61,373 nt of DNA, taken from assembly GCA_037130055.1 (NCBI GenBank), contig JBAXTS010000002.1, positions 1 through 61,373 of the forward strand, written 5' to 3'. A program made the translations under genes and the position numbers. The notes beneath the pieces were generated by a model. The model was not told where the DNA came from and did no database searches. It was given only the letters and a program-made list of their open reading frames with translations. This document shows, in pieces, positions 35,886 to 45,156 of this stretch; the stretch's first letter is position 1; every line of letters starts with the position of its first letter. Source of the stretch: a bacterium (GTDB lineage Bacteria > Patescibacteriota > Minisyncoccia > Phycocordibacterales > UBA9973).

Positions 35886-36608
35886 ATGTCAAAATTTTAT
35901 GTAGTGGCGACGCCTATTGGGAATATGGGAGATATAACTCTTCGAGCAATTGAGACGTTGAAGAGCGTGGATTTGATATTGTGCGAGGACACTCGTATGA
36001 CGAAGAGGCTTTTGGATAAATATGCTATTAGCAAGCCAACTATGAGCTACCATGCACAGAGCAAACTCGCAAAGACAGATAAAATTTTTGAATTATTGGA
36101 GGAAGGGAAGAACCTTGCTTTAGTATCAGACGCAGGCACACCCGGAATTTCTGATCCAGGAGCATTACTTGTATCACAAATTAAAGAAAGATTTAACCTT
36201 TCCCCTTCGCCCCTCTCCTTAACAAGGAGAGGGGCTGGGGGTGAGGTCAGTGTTGAGGTAGTCCCTATTCCGGGCCCCACTGCTTTGATTACTGCTTTGT
36301 CTGGTTCTGGACTGCCTACACATGAATTTACATTTCTTGGATTTTTACCACACAAAAAGGGGAGAGAGACCTTATTTAAAGAAATAGCACAATCCAAAAG
36401 GACTGTGGTGTTTTATGAATCCCCACACAGAATTTTAAAAACACTAGAATCACTTGTAAAATTTTGTCCAAATAAAAAGGTTTGTGTTGCTCGTGAGTTA
36501 ACGAAAATTTATGAAGAATTTAAAACTGGAACACCCGCAGAAGTTCTGGAATATTTTAATAAAAATAAAGATAAAGTAAGAGGGGAGTTTACAGTAATTG
36601 TCGCCTAA
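35886..36608 (+). CDS. rsmI: 16S rRNA 2'-O-ribose C1402 methyltransferase RsmI (with an in-frame repeat insertion)
   Basis: FYVVATPIGNMGDITLRA, DAGTPGISDPG and PIPGPTA motifs; start set at ATG 35886. Confidence 0.9.
   Translation: MSKFYVVATPIGNMGDITLRAIETLKSVDLILCEDTRMTKRLLDKYAISKPTMSYHAQSKLAKTDKIFELLEEGKNLALVSDAGTPGISDPGALLVSQIKERFNLSPSPLSLTRRGAGGEVSVEVVPIPGPTALITALSGSGLPTHEFTFLGFLPHKKGRETLFKEIAQSKRTVVFYESPHRILKTLESLVKFCPNKKVCVARELTKIYEEFKTGTPAEVLEYFNKNKDKVRGEFTVIVA
36197..36246 (+). repeat. G-element copy inside the rsmI coding sequence
   Basis: CCCCTCTCCTTaacAAGGAGAGGGGctGGGGGTGAGG, translated in frame as ...LSPSPLSLTRRGAGGEV... Confidence 0.8.
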
Positions 36609-36662
36609 AATTAAAAAGCTCCGGAGGGACGCACGACAGGTATTTCCTGTGTGCGCCCTTCT
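36607..36662 (-). terminator. terminator of GC islet E
   Basis: Minus strand GGGCGCACACAGG-AAATA-CCTGTCGTGCGTCCC, then ...GCTTTTTAATTTT. Confidence 0.5.
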
Positions 36663-36697
36663 CGGATGATGTGTGTGGTGAGCGCGCGTTGCGCTCG

Positions 36698-36847
36698 TTA
36701 CTTCTCGATATGGGACGCCTTCTCGGGGTCGGTATCCCAGAGAGTTCCGGCGTCTGCGTCGGGAAATGGTGCCGGTTTGGTTGGAGTGTGTGGATAGTTG
36801 GCCGGGATGATGGTCATGCAGATAGGCTCTGCTGTCTCGATCGTCAT
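36698..36847 (-). CDS. hypothetical 49-aa proline-rich protein (islet E gene 2)
   Basis: Its ATG overlaps the gene 1 stop codon (TGATG); GC-rich; short, so uncertain. Confidence 0.4.
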   Translation of the reverse strand: MTIETAEPICMTIIPANYPHTPTKPAPFPDADAGTLWDTDPEKASHIEK

Positions 36848-37092
36848 CACGTTTGATTCCGCGCCTTCGTGCGGCACCGCCAATCTTTCATCGTTATTGC
36901 ACACGATGCCTCCTCGATGATGCTAACTTCGACGATGACTTGACCTTGGGAGTCGCGCAAACCCCACCCTGGTTTTGTCGAAAGAGCTTGCTTCGCCACT
37001 TCGAATGTGGCCTCGAGACGCTCCGGGTACTGTTCCTCCATTGTGAATGCCATTTCAGGCACAAACGGTGGTACAAGGTAGTACACTGCCAT
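36847..37092 (-). CDS. hypothetical 81-aa protein (islet E gene 1)
   Basis: AAAGGAGG Shine-Dalgarno 8 nt upstream of ATG 37092; promoter upstream; no family recognised. Confidence 0.6.
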   Translation of the reverse strand: MAVYYLVPPFVPEMAFTMEEQYPERLEATFEVAKQALSTKPGWGLRDSQGQVIVEVSIIEEASCAITMKDWRCRTKARNQT

Positions 37093-37113
37093 GGCTTCGC
37101 CTCCTTTCATTTA

Positions 37114-37142
37114 AAATATAAGCGATATAAATATTATGTCAA
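37114..37142 (-). promoter_or_regulatory. promoter of islet E (TTGACA-N17-ATATTT)
   Basis: Read on the minus strand; the -35 hexamer abuts the priA stop codon. Confidence 0.5.
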
Positions 37143-37144
37143 AT

Positions 37145-39079
37145 CTATAATAAGTCCTCAGGGTCAACAAAGATTTCAAAAGAAGGTGGAAGAGAAATTA
37201 GTTTCGAAAATAGATTTTCATCAACAGAAGAGCTAGTTGTTATCTCTGGCAATGACCATCTTTTTGTCTCAATTTTTATTAATGCATTAGTTACATATTT
37301 ACTTTTTAATTTTGTAACAAAACCACTAAATATTTCTGGTGAATATTCTTTAAACATCTCATATAAATTTTTCTTTGCATTTATTGTTTCATTTTTATTA
37401 CCTAAATATGTAATTTTGATAAAACGCTTAAATGGTGGATAATCCATATTTTTTCTGTCTTTGAGTTCCTCTCGTATAAACGATAATAGATTTTCTGACC
37501 TAATTGCTTCTATTATATTATCGTTTTCATTTTTTGTTTGGATGATTAGTTTTTCACTTGTATTTTGAATAATTGAAAGAATGATTTGAATTATTTTTTC
37601 ACTCATTTTAAAGCTTGGAATGCTCCAAAGTGAATCAAATGAAGCAATGATTGAGAGTGGTATTTTGTTATTTAGATAGAAAAAACTCATTTCAGTTCCA
37701 ACAAGGATTGAACCAGGATTATCATAGTACTCCTGAATTATTTTGAAGGCCGCACTCGCGGTCTTAACAGAATCTTTGTCAAATTTAAAAATCTTTGTAT
37801 TTGGAAAAATCTTATTTAAATATTCAAAAACTGTATCAGTTCCTACCCCAAGAGGTATCAAATTCCAACTCCCACAGTGCTCACATGTAGTATCCCCATC
37901 GATTTCTCTTTCGCACTTATTGCAAACAAAAACTTTCTTTTTCTCTTGGTGAGATGAGTATAGAACCAGTGGTGCTCCACATCTATCACAGCTCACAGTC
38001 TTGTTGCAATCTCGGCAGATAGTCATAGTTGCGAGGCCTTTTCTTAAAGTAAAAATAAAAGTATTATTTTTCATTTCTATCGCTTTTTGTATTTCAAATA
38101 TGCATTCATCCTCTAAAATCTTAAATTCCTTATTTTTCTTTTGAATATTAATATCACCATCGAAACTTATTCTGTATTGCATGGTGTGCATAGGGATTAG
38201 TCCATCTATGTCTTGTCTTGCGATACTTTCATATCGTAGAAAAGTATCACCGAGTATAAATTTTGCGTTTATTTTAGAAGCAAAAAGTTCAGCGAAGAAC
38301 CGAAGATCAAAATGTGGCCTCTGTATCATTTTATATACAGTTGAATATTCATGTTCTAGGATGATTGTTCCTAGATCATGTCGAGGAATACATAAAAACG
38401 GCGCAGTTCCTATTATCAATACTGGGTGTGGAGTAGAGACTATTTGCTCAAACTTATGGATGATTTTTTTTGAGGTATGTGTGCCATGGATTGAAATAGT
38501 AAATTGCTCGATACCTTTGGAGAGAGCTTCCTCAAAAATCTTTATATCATGCTCTGTAGGTAAAACAATAAATACGGATTTCTTTTGGGCAAATGAGCCA
38601 CGTATTAGGGTCTTATATGCAGAGACACGATCCACGAATGGTGCTTGAAAAAGTAGTTTCTCTGATTTAATATTTTTAGAAATATTTATTTTATCCTCTT
38701 GAAGTCTTGGGTCGTTTTTTCTAAAAATCTTAGCAATAGCATCATAGTTTTCTCGTAGTGGTGCTGGGATCAGCGAGGTTATTCCATTGTTTTTACTTCC
38801 AGCAAAATATTTGCTAGTCTCAATAGCTGCGTCAAAATATTCTTTTAGAAATACAGAGCTTTCTTTTACTTCGCTTATTTTTTTAATATTAAATGGCATA
38901 TCCTTTATGCTAGATTTTGTATTACTAACATCTATAGAAGAAATGACTAGTCCTAAAACTTTCTTGTTACGGAGTGGTGCTGTCACGATACTGCCATTTT
39001 GTATATCTTTCGCAGTAAAATAGGTAAGGTCTTCTTGCCAAGCACCTTTCTTAAGAGGGATTATTGTCACAATTTTCAT
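37145..39079 (-). CDS. priA: PriA-like primosomal protein N' with degenerate ATPase motifs
   Basis: PriA N-terminal 3'-DNA-binding-domain pattern and a Cys-rich zinc region (CRDC...CDRC...CNKC...CEHC). The Walker A and DEEH positions are not conserved. Confidence 0.8.
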   Translation of the reverse strand: MKIVTIIPLKKGAWQEDLTYFTAKDIQNGSIVTAPLRNKKVLGLVISSIDVSNTKSSIKDMPFNIKKISEVKESSVFLKEYFDAAIETSKYFAGSKNNGITSLIPAPLRENYDAIAKIFRKNDPRLQEDKINISKNIKSEKLLFQAPFVDRVSAYKTLIRGSFAQKKSVFIVLPTEHDIKIFEEALSKGIEQFTISIHGTHTSKKIIHKFEQIVSTPHPVLIIGTAPFLCIPRHDLGTIILEHEYSTVYKMIQRPHFDLRFFAELFASKINAKFILGDTFLRYESIARQDIDGLIPMHTMQYRISFDGDINIQKKNKEFKILEDECIFEIQKAIEMKNNTFIFTLRKGLATMTICRDCNKTVSCDRCGAPLVLYSSHQEKKKVFVCNKCEREIDGDTTCEHCGSWNLIPLGVGTDTVFEYLNKIFPNTKIFKFDKDSVKTASAAFKIIQEYYDNPGSILVGTEMSFFYLNNKIPLSIIASFDSLWSIPSFKMSEKIIQIILSIIQNTSEKLIIQTKNENDNIIEAIRSENLLSFIREELKDRKNMDYPPFKRFIKITYLGNKNETINAKKNLYEMFKEYSPEIFSGFVTKLKSKYVTNALIKIETKRWSLPEITTSSSVDENLFSKLISLPPSFEIFVDPEDLL

Positions 39080-39164
39080 GTCATTTATTCTAGCACAAAT
39101 CTTCTTTTATTTTGTATTTATATTATTCTTGATTTAATCAAGGCGCGGATGTATATTACTCTGT

Positions 39165-40178
39165 ATGGGAATTTTTTCTAAAAAAATCGGAATCGACTTG
39201 GGGACAGCAAACACCTTGGTTTTTCTACCTGGAAAAGGAATTGTTCTAAATGAGCCTTCTGTGGTAGCTGTTTCCGAACAAGATAATAGAATTCTGGCGA
39301 TTGGATTTGAAGCGAAAGATATGATAGGCAAAACTCCCGGCAATATAATCACTTACTGTCCAATGAAAGATGGTGTGATAGCAGACTATCGCGTGACAGA
39401 AGCAATGCTTAGATATTTTATTGGCAAGGCTATGGGTAGGTTCAACTTGTTTAAGCCAGATGTTATGGTTTCTGTTCCGGCTGGAGTTACAAGCACAGAG
39501 AGACGAGCAGTGATAGAGGCTGCAATACGTGCAGGCGCAAAAAATGCTTATGTTGTAAAAGAACCCATCTTGGCAGCAATTGGAGCTGGCATTCCAATTT
39601 ATGAATCCAAGGGTTACATGGTTGTCGATATCGGTGGTGGAACTACAGATGTTGCTGTTATTTCACTTGGTGGAATAGTCGCCTCTACTTCAGTAAAATG
39701 TGCAGGAAATAAAATTGATGCAGCGATAGCTGACTATATTAAAAAAACTTTTAATCTTGCCATAGGAGATAGAACAGCAGAAGAGGTAAAAATTAAAATT
39801 GGGGCTGCTGTACTTCTAGAGGAAGAACTACGAGTAACAATTAAAGGTAGAGATTTTATTCAAGGACTACCTAGAAGTGCACAAGTAGGAACTAATGAAA
39901 TTGTTCGTGCAATTGATGTAGAATTGAAACAAATAATTAAAGCGATTAAGGATGTACTACAAGAAACTCCCCCCGAGCTAGCATCTGATATTATTGATCA
40001 CGGTATAATCATGACTGGTGGTTCATCTCAGCTTCGCAATCTCACTGATTTGGTTTATAGAAAAACAGGGGTAAAAGCATCAATGGCGGAGGATCCATTG
40101 TTCTGCGTAGTAAAAGGCACCGGAATAGCGCTTGATCATTTGGATGTTTACAAGAAAACAGTTTTAAGTAAGAAGTAG
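39165..40178 (+). CDS. mreB: rod shape-determining protein MreB
   Basis: IGIDLGTANTLV and DIGGGTTDVAV actin-fold motifs. Confidence 0.95.
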   Translation: MGIFSKKIGIDLGTANTLVFLPGKGIVLNEPSVVAVSEQDNRILAIGFEAKDMIGKTPGNIITYCPMKDGVIADYRVTEAMLRYFIGKAMGRFNLFKPDVMVSVPAGVTSTERRAVIEAAIRAGAKNAYVVKEPILAAIGAGIPIYESKGYMVVDIGGGTTDVAVISLGGIVASTSVKCAGNKIDAAIADYIKKTFNLAIGDRTAEEVKIKIGAAVLLEEELRVTIKGRDFIQGLPRSAQVGTNEIVRAIDVELKQIIKAIKDVLQETPPELASDIIDHGIIMTGGSSQLRNLTDLVYRKTGVKASMAEDPLFCVVKGTGIALDHLDVYKKTVLSKK

Positions 40179-40238
40179 GCAACTAGGCGCTAGGCTCTAG
40201 TAAACTAGCTAAAGTCTAATGCTCAAAGCCTAAAGCCT
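40176..40238. repeat. degenerate heptanucleotide tandem repeat (about 9 units, ending AAAGCCT AAAGCCT)
   Basis: 7-nt periodicity read directly; it abuts the holB ATG. Confidence 0.7.
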
Positions 40239-40964
40239 ATGATGTCCAAACATTTAGATAAAAATAGTTTGCACCACGCATATCTCATAGAGGGTAGTCG
40301 GGATGAAATTACCCAGGAAGTTATTTCTTTTCTTAAAGATATTGGAATAAATACAGAAGGCAGTTCTGATTTTATAAATATTAGTCTAGATTCATTTAAA
40401 ATTGAAGATGCTCGCAATTTAAAATCATTTAGCAGTGAAAAGAGTTATACCTCAAATAAAAAAATATTTATTATTTCCGTAAACAATTTTTTACTTGAGG
40501 CACAGAATAGTCTGCTAAAAATGTTCGAGGAGCCAATAGAAAACACACATTTCTTTATTATAATGCCAGACCTCAATGGTCTTTTAAAAACTTTTGTTTC
40601 TAGATTTTATTTAATTTCCTTAAAATCAGACGCTGGAAATAAAAATAGCAACGACGAGGCCGAAATATTTATTTCATTATTGCACAAAGACAGAATTGAT
40701 TTTATAAAAAAATTACTTAAAGAAGAAGATGTTGAGGACGATGAAGGGAACAAAATTCTTGCACTGGAATCATCTCGTTCGAAAGCTTTACAATTTCTAG
40801 ACTCTCTAGAGGTTGTATTGCACAACAGACTACCGAGCGATAATTCGAGTGTAATGATTTTTGAGCATATATTTAAAATACGTGAGTTTTTGCGTATGCC
40901 AGGTAGTTCTACCAAGAGCTTGATGGAGTCAATCGTCTTCGTGATTCCAGGTTTTTCAAAATAA
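40239..40964 (+). CDS. holB: DNA polymerase III delta'-like clamp-loader subunit
   Basis: LHHAYLIEG N-terminus and AAA+-like fold pattern without a P-loop lysine. Confidence 0.65.
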   Translation: MMSKHLDKNSLHHAYLIEGSRDEITQEVISFLKDIGINTEGSSDFINISLDSFKIEDARNLKSFSSEKSYTSNKKIFIISVNNFLLEAQNSLLKMFEEPIENTHFFIIMPDLNGLLKTFVSRFYLISLKSDAGNKNSNDEAEIFISLLHKDRIDFIKKLLKEEDVEDDEGNKILALESSRSKALQFLDSLEVVLHNRLPSDNSSVMIFEHIFKIREFLRMPGSSTKSLMESIVFVIPGFSK

Positions 40965-40989
40965 TTTTTACATGCTATAATAAATAAAT

Positions 40990-41541
40990 ATGCAATACAA
41001 TTTTTCAAATTTTAAAATAGCGTTAAAAAAGGTTGAAGATTTTTTGAGTAAGGAATATACCCAGCTTAATATCGGCAGAGCTTCTCCAATGGTTCTAGAC
41101 GGTGTATCAGTAGAATCCTATGGTTCATATTTGCCACTTAAGAACGTGGCTTCTATCTCAATAGAGGATTCAAAGACATTACGTATTGCTCCTTGGGACA
41201 AAAGTCAGGTTAAGGGAATAGAAAAAGCTATATTAGTATCAAATTTAGGATTATCTGTTGCAACTGATGATTTGGGAATAAGGGTTATTTTTCCGCAGTT
41301 GACTACCGAAACTAGGCAGACTCTAGTAAAAGTGTTGAAGGAGAAGCTAGAAGAGCAGAGGATCACTGTGCGTCGTGAGCGAGAAGTTATTTTTCGCGAT
41401 ATGGAGGCTAAGGAAAAAGAAAGCATCATGACCGAAGATGAAATGTTCCGCGCTAAAGAAGAATTACAGAAAATAATAACTGAAACAAATAATAACCTAG
41501 AGGCGGTTTTTGAGAAGAAAGAAAAGGAGGTAATGGGGTAG
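40990..41541 (+). CDS. frr: ribosome recycling factor
   Basis: Typical RRF pattern (...IRVIFPQLTTETRQTLVK...). Confidence 0.95.
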   Translation: MQYNFSNFKIALKKVEDFLSKEYTQLNIGRASPMVLDGVSVESYGSYLPLKNVASISIEDSKTLRIAPWDKSQVKGIEKAILVSNLGLSVATDDLGIRVIFPQLTTETRQTLVKVLKEKLEEQRITVRREREVIFRDMEAKEKESIMTEDEMFRAKEELQKIITETNNNLEAVFEKKEKEVMG

Positions 41542-41546
41542 AAAAC

Positions 41547-41577
41547 AATTACGAATTATTAATTACGAATTACGAAT
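41547..41577. repeat. heptanucleotide tandem repeat AATTACG (same unit as 33795-33843)
   Basis: AATTACG AATTATT AATTACG AATTACG; it abuts the TTG start of rseP. Confidence 0.9.
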
Positions 41578-42744
41578 TTGAGCATATTTATTTTCATTGT
41601 AATACTGTTGGTTTTAGTCTTAGTTCATGAAGCGGGGCATTTTTTTGCTGCGAAGAGATTTGGAATACGAGTTGATGAATTTGGTTTTGGATTTCCTCCA
41701 AAGTTATTTGGTTTTAAAAAAGGTGAGACAGAATACACAATCAATCTTCTGCCATTAGGTGGTTTTGTTAAGATTTATGGAGAAAATATTGAGGAAGCTG
41801 ATTTTGTAGAAGTAGGTTTTCTTGATAAAAAAGATGATAACACTATAATAAACGAATCTTCTAGAAGCCTAGCCTATAAACCAAAATGGCAACAAGCCAT
41901 TGTTCTTTTTGCTGGGGTTCTTGCGAATTTTATTTTGGCCTGGATTTTATTTTCCTTCGGATTTATGTCGGGACTTCCAACTTCAGTAGGAAGCGAAAGA
42001 GCTGGCTATGCACTTTCTGATATTAATCTAGTTGTTGTTTCTGTCTTGGCGAAATCTCCTGCAGAAAATGCTGGATTAAAAATTGGTGATAAAATAGTTG
42101 AAATTTCTATACCGAGTTCTTCTAATTCGAATGATTATCTAAAGGCTCCAAATCCTGATCAATTAAAAAATTATATTATAAGTCACGCATCTGTAGTAAC
42201 AGAGAGGAATCCAATATCGATAAGTTATATTCGTGGTAACATGCAGGTAACTAGTGTGCCTGTTGTTCCGCAGAGGAATAACACAAATACAGTACCTACT
42301 ATTGGAATATCTATGGATATGATTGGGATAGCGAGATTGCCATTTTTTGTGGCACTTTGGGAAGGAATGAAGTTAGACCTATCAATGACCAAAAACACTG
42401 TCGTAGGGCTGTATGCGCTTGTTTCTGAGGGTATTATGGGGAAAGGTAGCTTTGCTTCTGTTACAGGACCTGTAGGAATGGTAAGTATTGTGGGTGATGC
42501 ATACCAGTTTGGCTTTGTTTATCTTCTTTCCTTTGCTGCACTTATTTCAATAAACCTTGCAATCATAAACTTACTTCCATTTCCAGCCCTTGATGGAGGC
42601 AGACTTTTCTTCTTATTTATAGAAAAAATAAAGGGTTCACGAATTAATCCAAAAATTACAAATACAGCAAACATGGTTGGTTTTGGTCTTCTTATTTTCC
42701 TCATGCTTATCGTTACATATCACGATGTCGTGAAGTTGTTTTAG
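41578..42744 (+). CDS. rseP: M50 site-2 protease RseP-like
   Basis: HEAGHF zinc motif, PDZ-like middle region, C-terminal LPFPALDGG motif; TTG start as given in the ORF track. Confidence 0.85.
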   Translation: MSIFIFIVILLVLVLVHEAGHFFAAKRFGIRVDEFGFGFPPKLFGFKKGETEYTINLLPLGGFVKIYGENIEEADFVEVGFLDKKDDNTIINESSRSLAYKPKWQQAIVLFAGVLANFILAWILFSFGFMSGLPTSVGSERAGYALSDINLVVVSVLAKSPAENAGLKIGDKIVEISIPSSSNSNDYLKAPNPDQLKNYIISHASVVTERNPISISYIRGNMQVTSVPVVPQRNNTNTVPTIGISMDMIGIARLPFFVALWEGMKLDLSMTKNTVVGLYALVSEGIMGKGSFASVTGPVGMVSIVGDAYQFGFVYLLSFAALISINLAIINLLPFPALDGGRLFFLFIEKIKGSRINPKITNTANMVGFGLLIFLMLIVTYHDVVKLF

Positions 42745-42769
42745 TCTAAAATTAGTTTATACTCTAAAA

Positions 42770-43750
42770 ATGCAAAAGAAAACCGCTGGTAAAAAACTAA
42801 AGATAGGAGTACTTTTTGGAGGTAAATCAGCTGAGCACGAGGTTTCTTTGCAATCTGCAAAAAATGTTATTAATGCACTAGATAAATCAAAATATTTAAT
42901 AACACCTATCAAAATTAACAAGGATGGAAAGTTTAAATTTGATGAACTGAAAAAATTTGATGTGGTTTTTCCTGTTATGCATGGGCCTTTCGGCGAGGAT
43001 GGCAGCATGCAGGGCTTGCTTAAGCTCGCTGGTGTTCCGTTTGTTGGCCCAAGTGTTCTTGGTTCAGCAGTTGGGATGGATAAGGATGTGATGAAGAGGC
43101 TCTTTCGAGATGCAGGTATTCCTATTGGGAAATTTATAACTCTTAGTGCCGGTGAAAAGAAATCGTTTAGTGAAATTAAAAAAACCTTAGGACTTCCTGT
43201 GTTCGTCAAGCCAGCTAATTTAGGTTCATCTGTTGGTATTAGTAAGGTTAGAAATGAAAATGAGTTGAACGCCGCTTTAAAAAATGCATTTCAATATGAC
43301 ACAAAGATTGTTATAGAGGAAAATATTGCCGGTCAGGAGATAGAGTGTTCTGTTTTGGGTAATGAAAATCCAGTTGCCTCTGTTCCAGGAGAAATTATTG
43401 CAAATCAAGAATTTTATTCATATAATGCTAAATATATCGATGCAGGATATGAGGTTGTTATTCCTGCAAAAATTTCTAGTAATAAAGCTAACGAAATACA
43501 AAAAATCGCAATAAAAGTATTTAAGGTTTTGTGCTGTGAAGGAATGGGACGCGTGGATGTATTTTTGAAAAAAAATGGTGAAGTAATAGTGAATGAAATT
43601 AATACTATTCCTGGATTTACTGCAATTAGTATGTATCCGAAACTCTGGGAAGCGAGTGGAATGCCACTGCCGAAACTTTTGGATAGATTAGTAAGCCTTG
43701 CGATAGAAAGATTTCAAAGAGAGCAGAAATTAAAAACTACTGTTAAATAG
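42770..43750 (+). CDS. ddl: D-alanine--D-alanine ligase
   Basis: ATP-grasp fold with GGKSAEHEVS N-terminus and EINTIPGFT C-terminal motif. Confidence 0.93.
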   Translation: MQKKTAGKKLKIGVLFGGKSAEHEVSLQSAKNVINALDKSKYLITPIKINKDGKFKFDELKKFDVVFPVMHGPFGEDGSMQGLLKLAGVPFVGPSVLGSAVGMDKDVMKRLFRDAGIPIGKFITLSAGEKKSFSEIKKTLGLPVFVKPANLGSSVGISKVRNENELNAALKNAFQYDTKIVIEENIAGQEIECSVLGNENPVASVPGEIIANQEFYSYNAKYIDAGYEVVIPAKISSNKANEIQKIAIKVFKVLCCEGMGRVDVFLKKNGEVIVNEINTIPGFTAISMYPKLWEASGMPLPKLLDRLVSLAIERFQREQKLKTTVK

Positions 43751-43755
43751 ATACT

Positions 43756-44892
43756 GTGAAAAAAACATTACCGCTATCATATATTGAACTTTCCAAAAAT
43801 AATTTAGTTCACAATATTAAACAATTCAGAAATCTTGCAAAAGCAGGTACGAAGTTTTCTGTTGCAATAAAGGGGAATGCGTATGGTCATGGCCAAAACG
43901 AAATTGCAAAGATTCTTGAGCCACACGTAGATTATTTTCAAGTAGATAGTATTGAGGAGCTCAGATTATTGCGCAAAACAAGCAAGAAGAAAACATTTGT
44001 TCTAGGCTACATACAAAAATCTGAATTATCAGAAGCAATAAAATTGGGTTGTATTTTATCAGTTTTTTCTATCAAGCAATTATTAAGAATCTCTGCTATC
44101 GCAAAAACCTTTAATATAATTCAGGAAGTACACATACCAGTGGACGCATATCTAGGAAGAGAAGGTTTTTTATTAAATGAATTACCAGAAGTTCTAAATG
44201 AAATAAAAAAGTCCAAATCTATAAAATTTACAGGAATGTATGCTCACTTCGCAAACATTGAAGATACTGCAAGTTTTTCTCATGCAGAAAAGCAAATTAA
44301 AGAGTATGAAAAAGCACAGGAATTGGCAAAAGAATTTGGTTTCAAAAATTTACAAACTCACATCTCTGCTACTTCTGGTCTTTTGGTTTATGAAAAAGAA
44401 AAAGGAATACACCCGCTTGTTCGTTTGGGTATAGGGGTATATGGTTTGTGGCCATCATCTCATTTGAAAACTTGGTATAAGGACAATATCGAACTTAAGC
44501 CGGTTCTCACATGGAAAACAAAAATTGCTCAAATTAAAATTTTACCTAAAGATAGTACTATTGGTTACGGATTAACTTACAAGACAAAGAGAGAAACAAA
44601 AATTGCCATTATTCCACAAGGTTATGCAGATGGTCTTGATAGAGGATTTTCCAATAATGGCGAAATGCTTGTTAGGGGGACAAGATGTAAGGTTTTAGGT
44701 AGAGTAATGATGAATATGAGTGTAATTGATGTAAGTCATTTAAAAAAAGTTAATGCAGAAGATAGCGTCATAATATTGGGCAAGCAAGGTAACGAAGAAA
44801 TAACAGCAGAGGATATGGCAAAGAGAATTGGAACTATTAATTATGAAATCGTCACACGTATTAACCCATTATTGGGTAGGATAGTTGTTTAG
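43756..44892 (+). CDS. alr: alanine racemase
   Basis: PLP lysine context VAIKGNAYGHG; follows ddl; GTG start. Confidence 0.92.
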   Translation: MKKTLPLSYIELSKNNLVHNIKQFRNLAKAGTKFSVAIKGNAYGHGQNEIAKILEPHVDYFQVDSIEELRLLRKTSKKKTFVLGYIQKSELSEAIKLGCILSVFSIKQLLRISAIAKTFNIIQEVHIPVDAYLGREGFLLNELPEVLNEIKKSKSIKFTGMYAHFANIEDTASFSHAEKQIKEYEKAQELAKEFGFKNLQTHISATSGLLVYEKEKGIHPLVRLGIGVYGLWPSSHLKTWYKDNIELKPVLTWKTKIAQIKILPKDSTIGYGLTYKTKRETKIAIIPQGYADGLDRGFSNNGEMLVRGTRCKVLGRVMMNMSVIDVSHLKKVNAEDSVIILGKQGNEEITAEDMAKRIGTINYEIVTRINPLLGRIVV

Positions 44893-44938
44893 GCTTCTTT
44901 TCCTTGCGTTTTTTAGCTTTTTATACTAATCTATATAC

Positions 44939-45097
44939 ATGTCACAAGATAGACTTATAAAACTTGCTTGCGGAACTTGCAAGCACATAAATTACTGGTC
45001 CAGCAAAAATAAGAAACTCGTCACTAAAAAGATAGAGCTTAAAAAATTCTGCAAATGGTGCCGAAAGCAGACTAAGCATAAAGAGATCAAGAAATAG
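44939..45097 (+). CDS. rpmG: 50S ribosomal protein L33
   Basis: 52-aa ORF absent from the track: MSQDRLIKLACGTCKHINYWSSKNKK...KKFCKWCRKQTKHKEIKK (CxxC...CxxC). Confidence 0.85.
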   Translation: MSQDRLIKLACGTCKHINYWSSKNKKLVTKKIELKKFCKWCRKQTKHKEIKK

Positions 45098-45129
45098 ATT
45101 TTCTTCTTATTTATGCTACACTAAAGACG

Positions 45130-45156
45130 ACCCTATAAGGGTTGTTTTGGTTTTTT
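45130..45156 (+). terminator. rpmG terminator
   Basis: ACCCT-ATA-AGGGT followed by TGTTTTGGTTTTTT. Confidence 0.55.

Noticed and set aside
36671-37236. Plus-strand ORFs in islet E (61 and 127 aa)
   Set aside because: The reasoning is the same as for islet C. The 127-aa ORF also runs into the priA 3' end.
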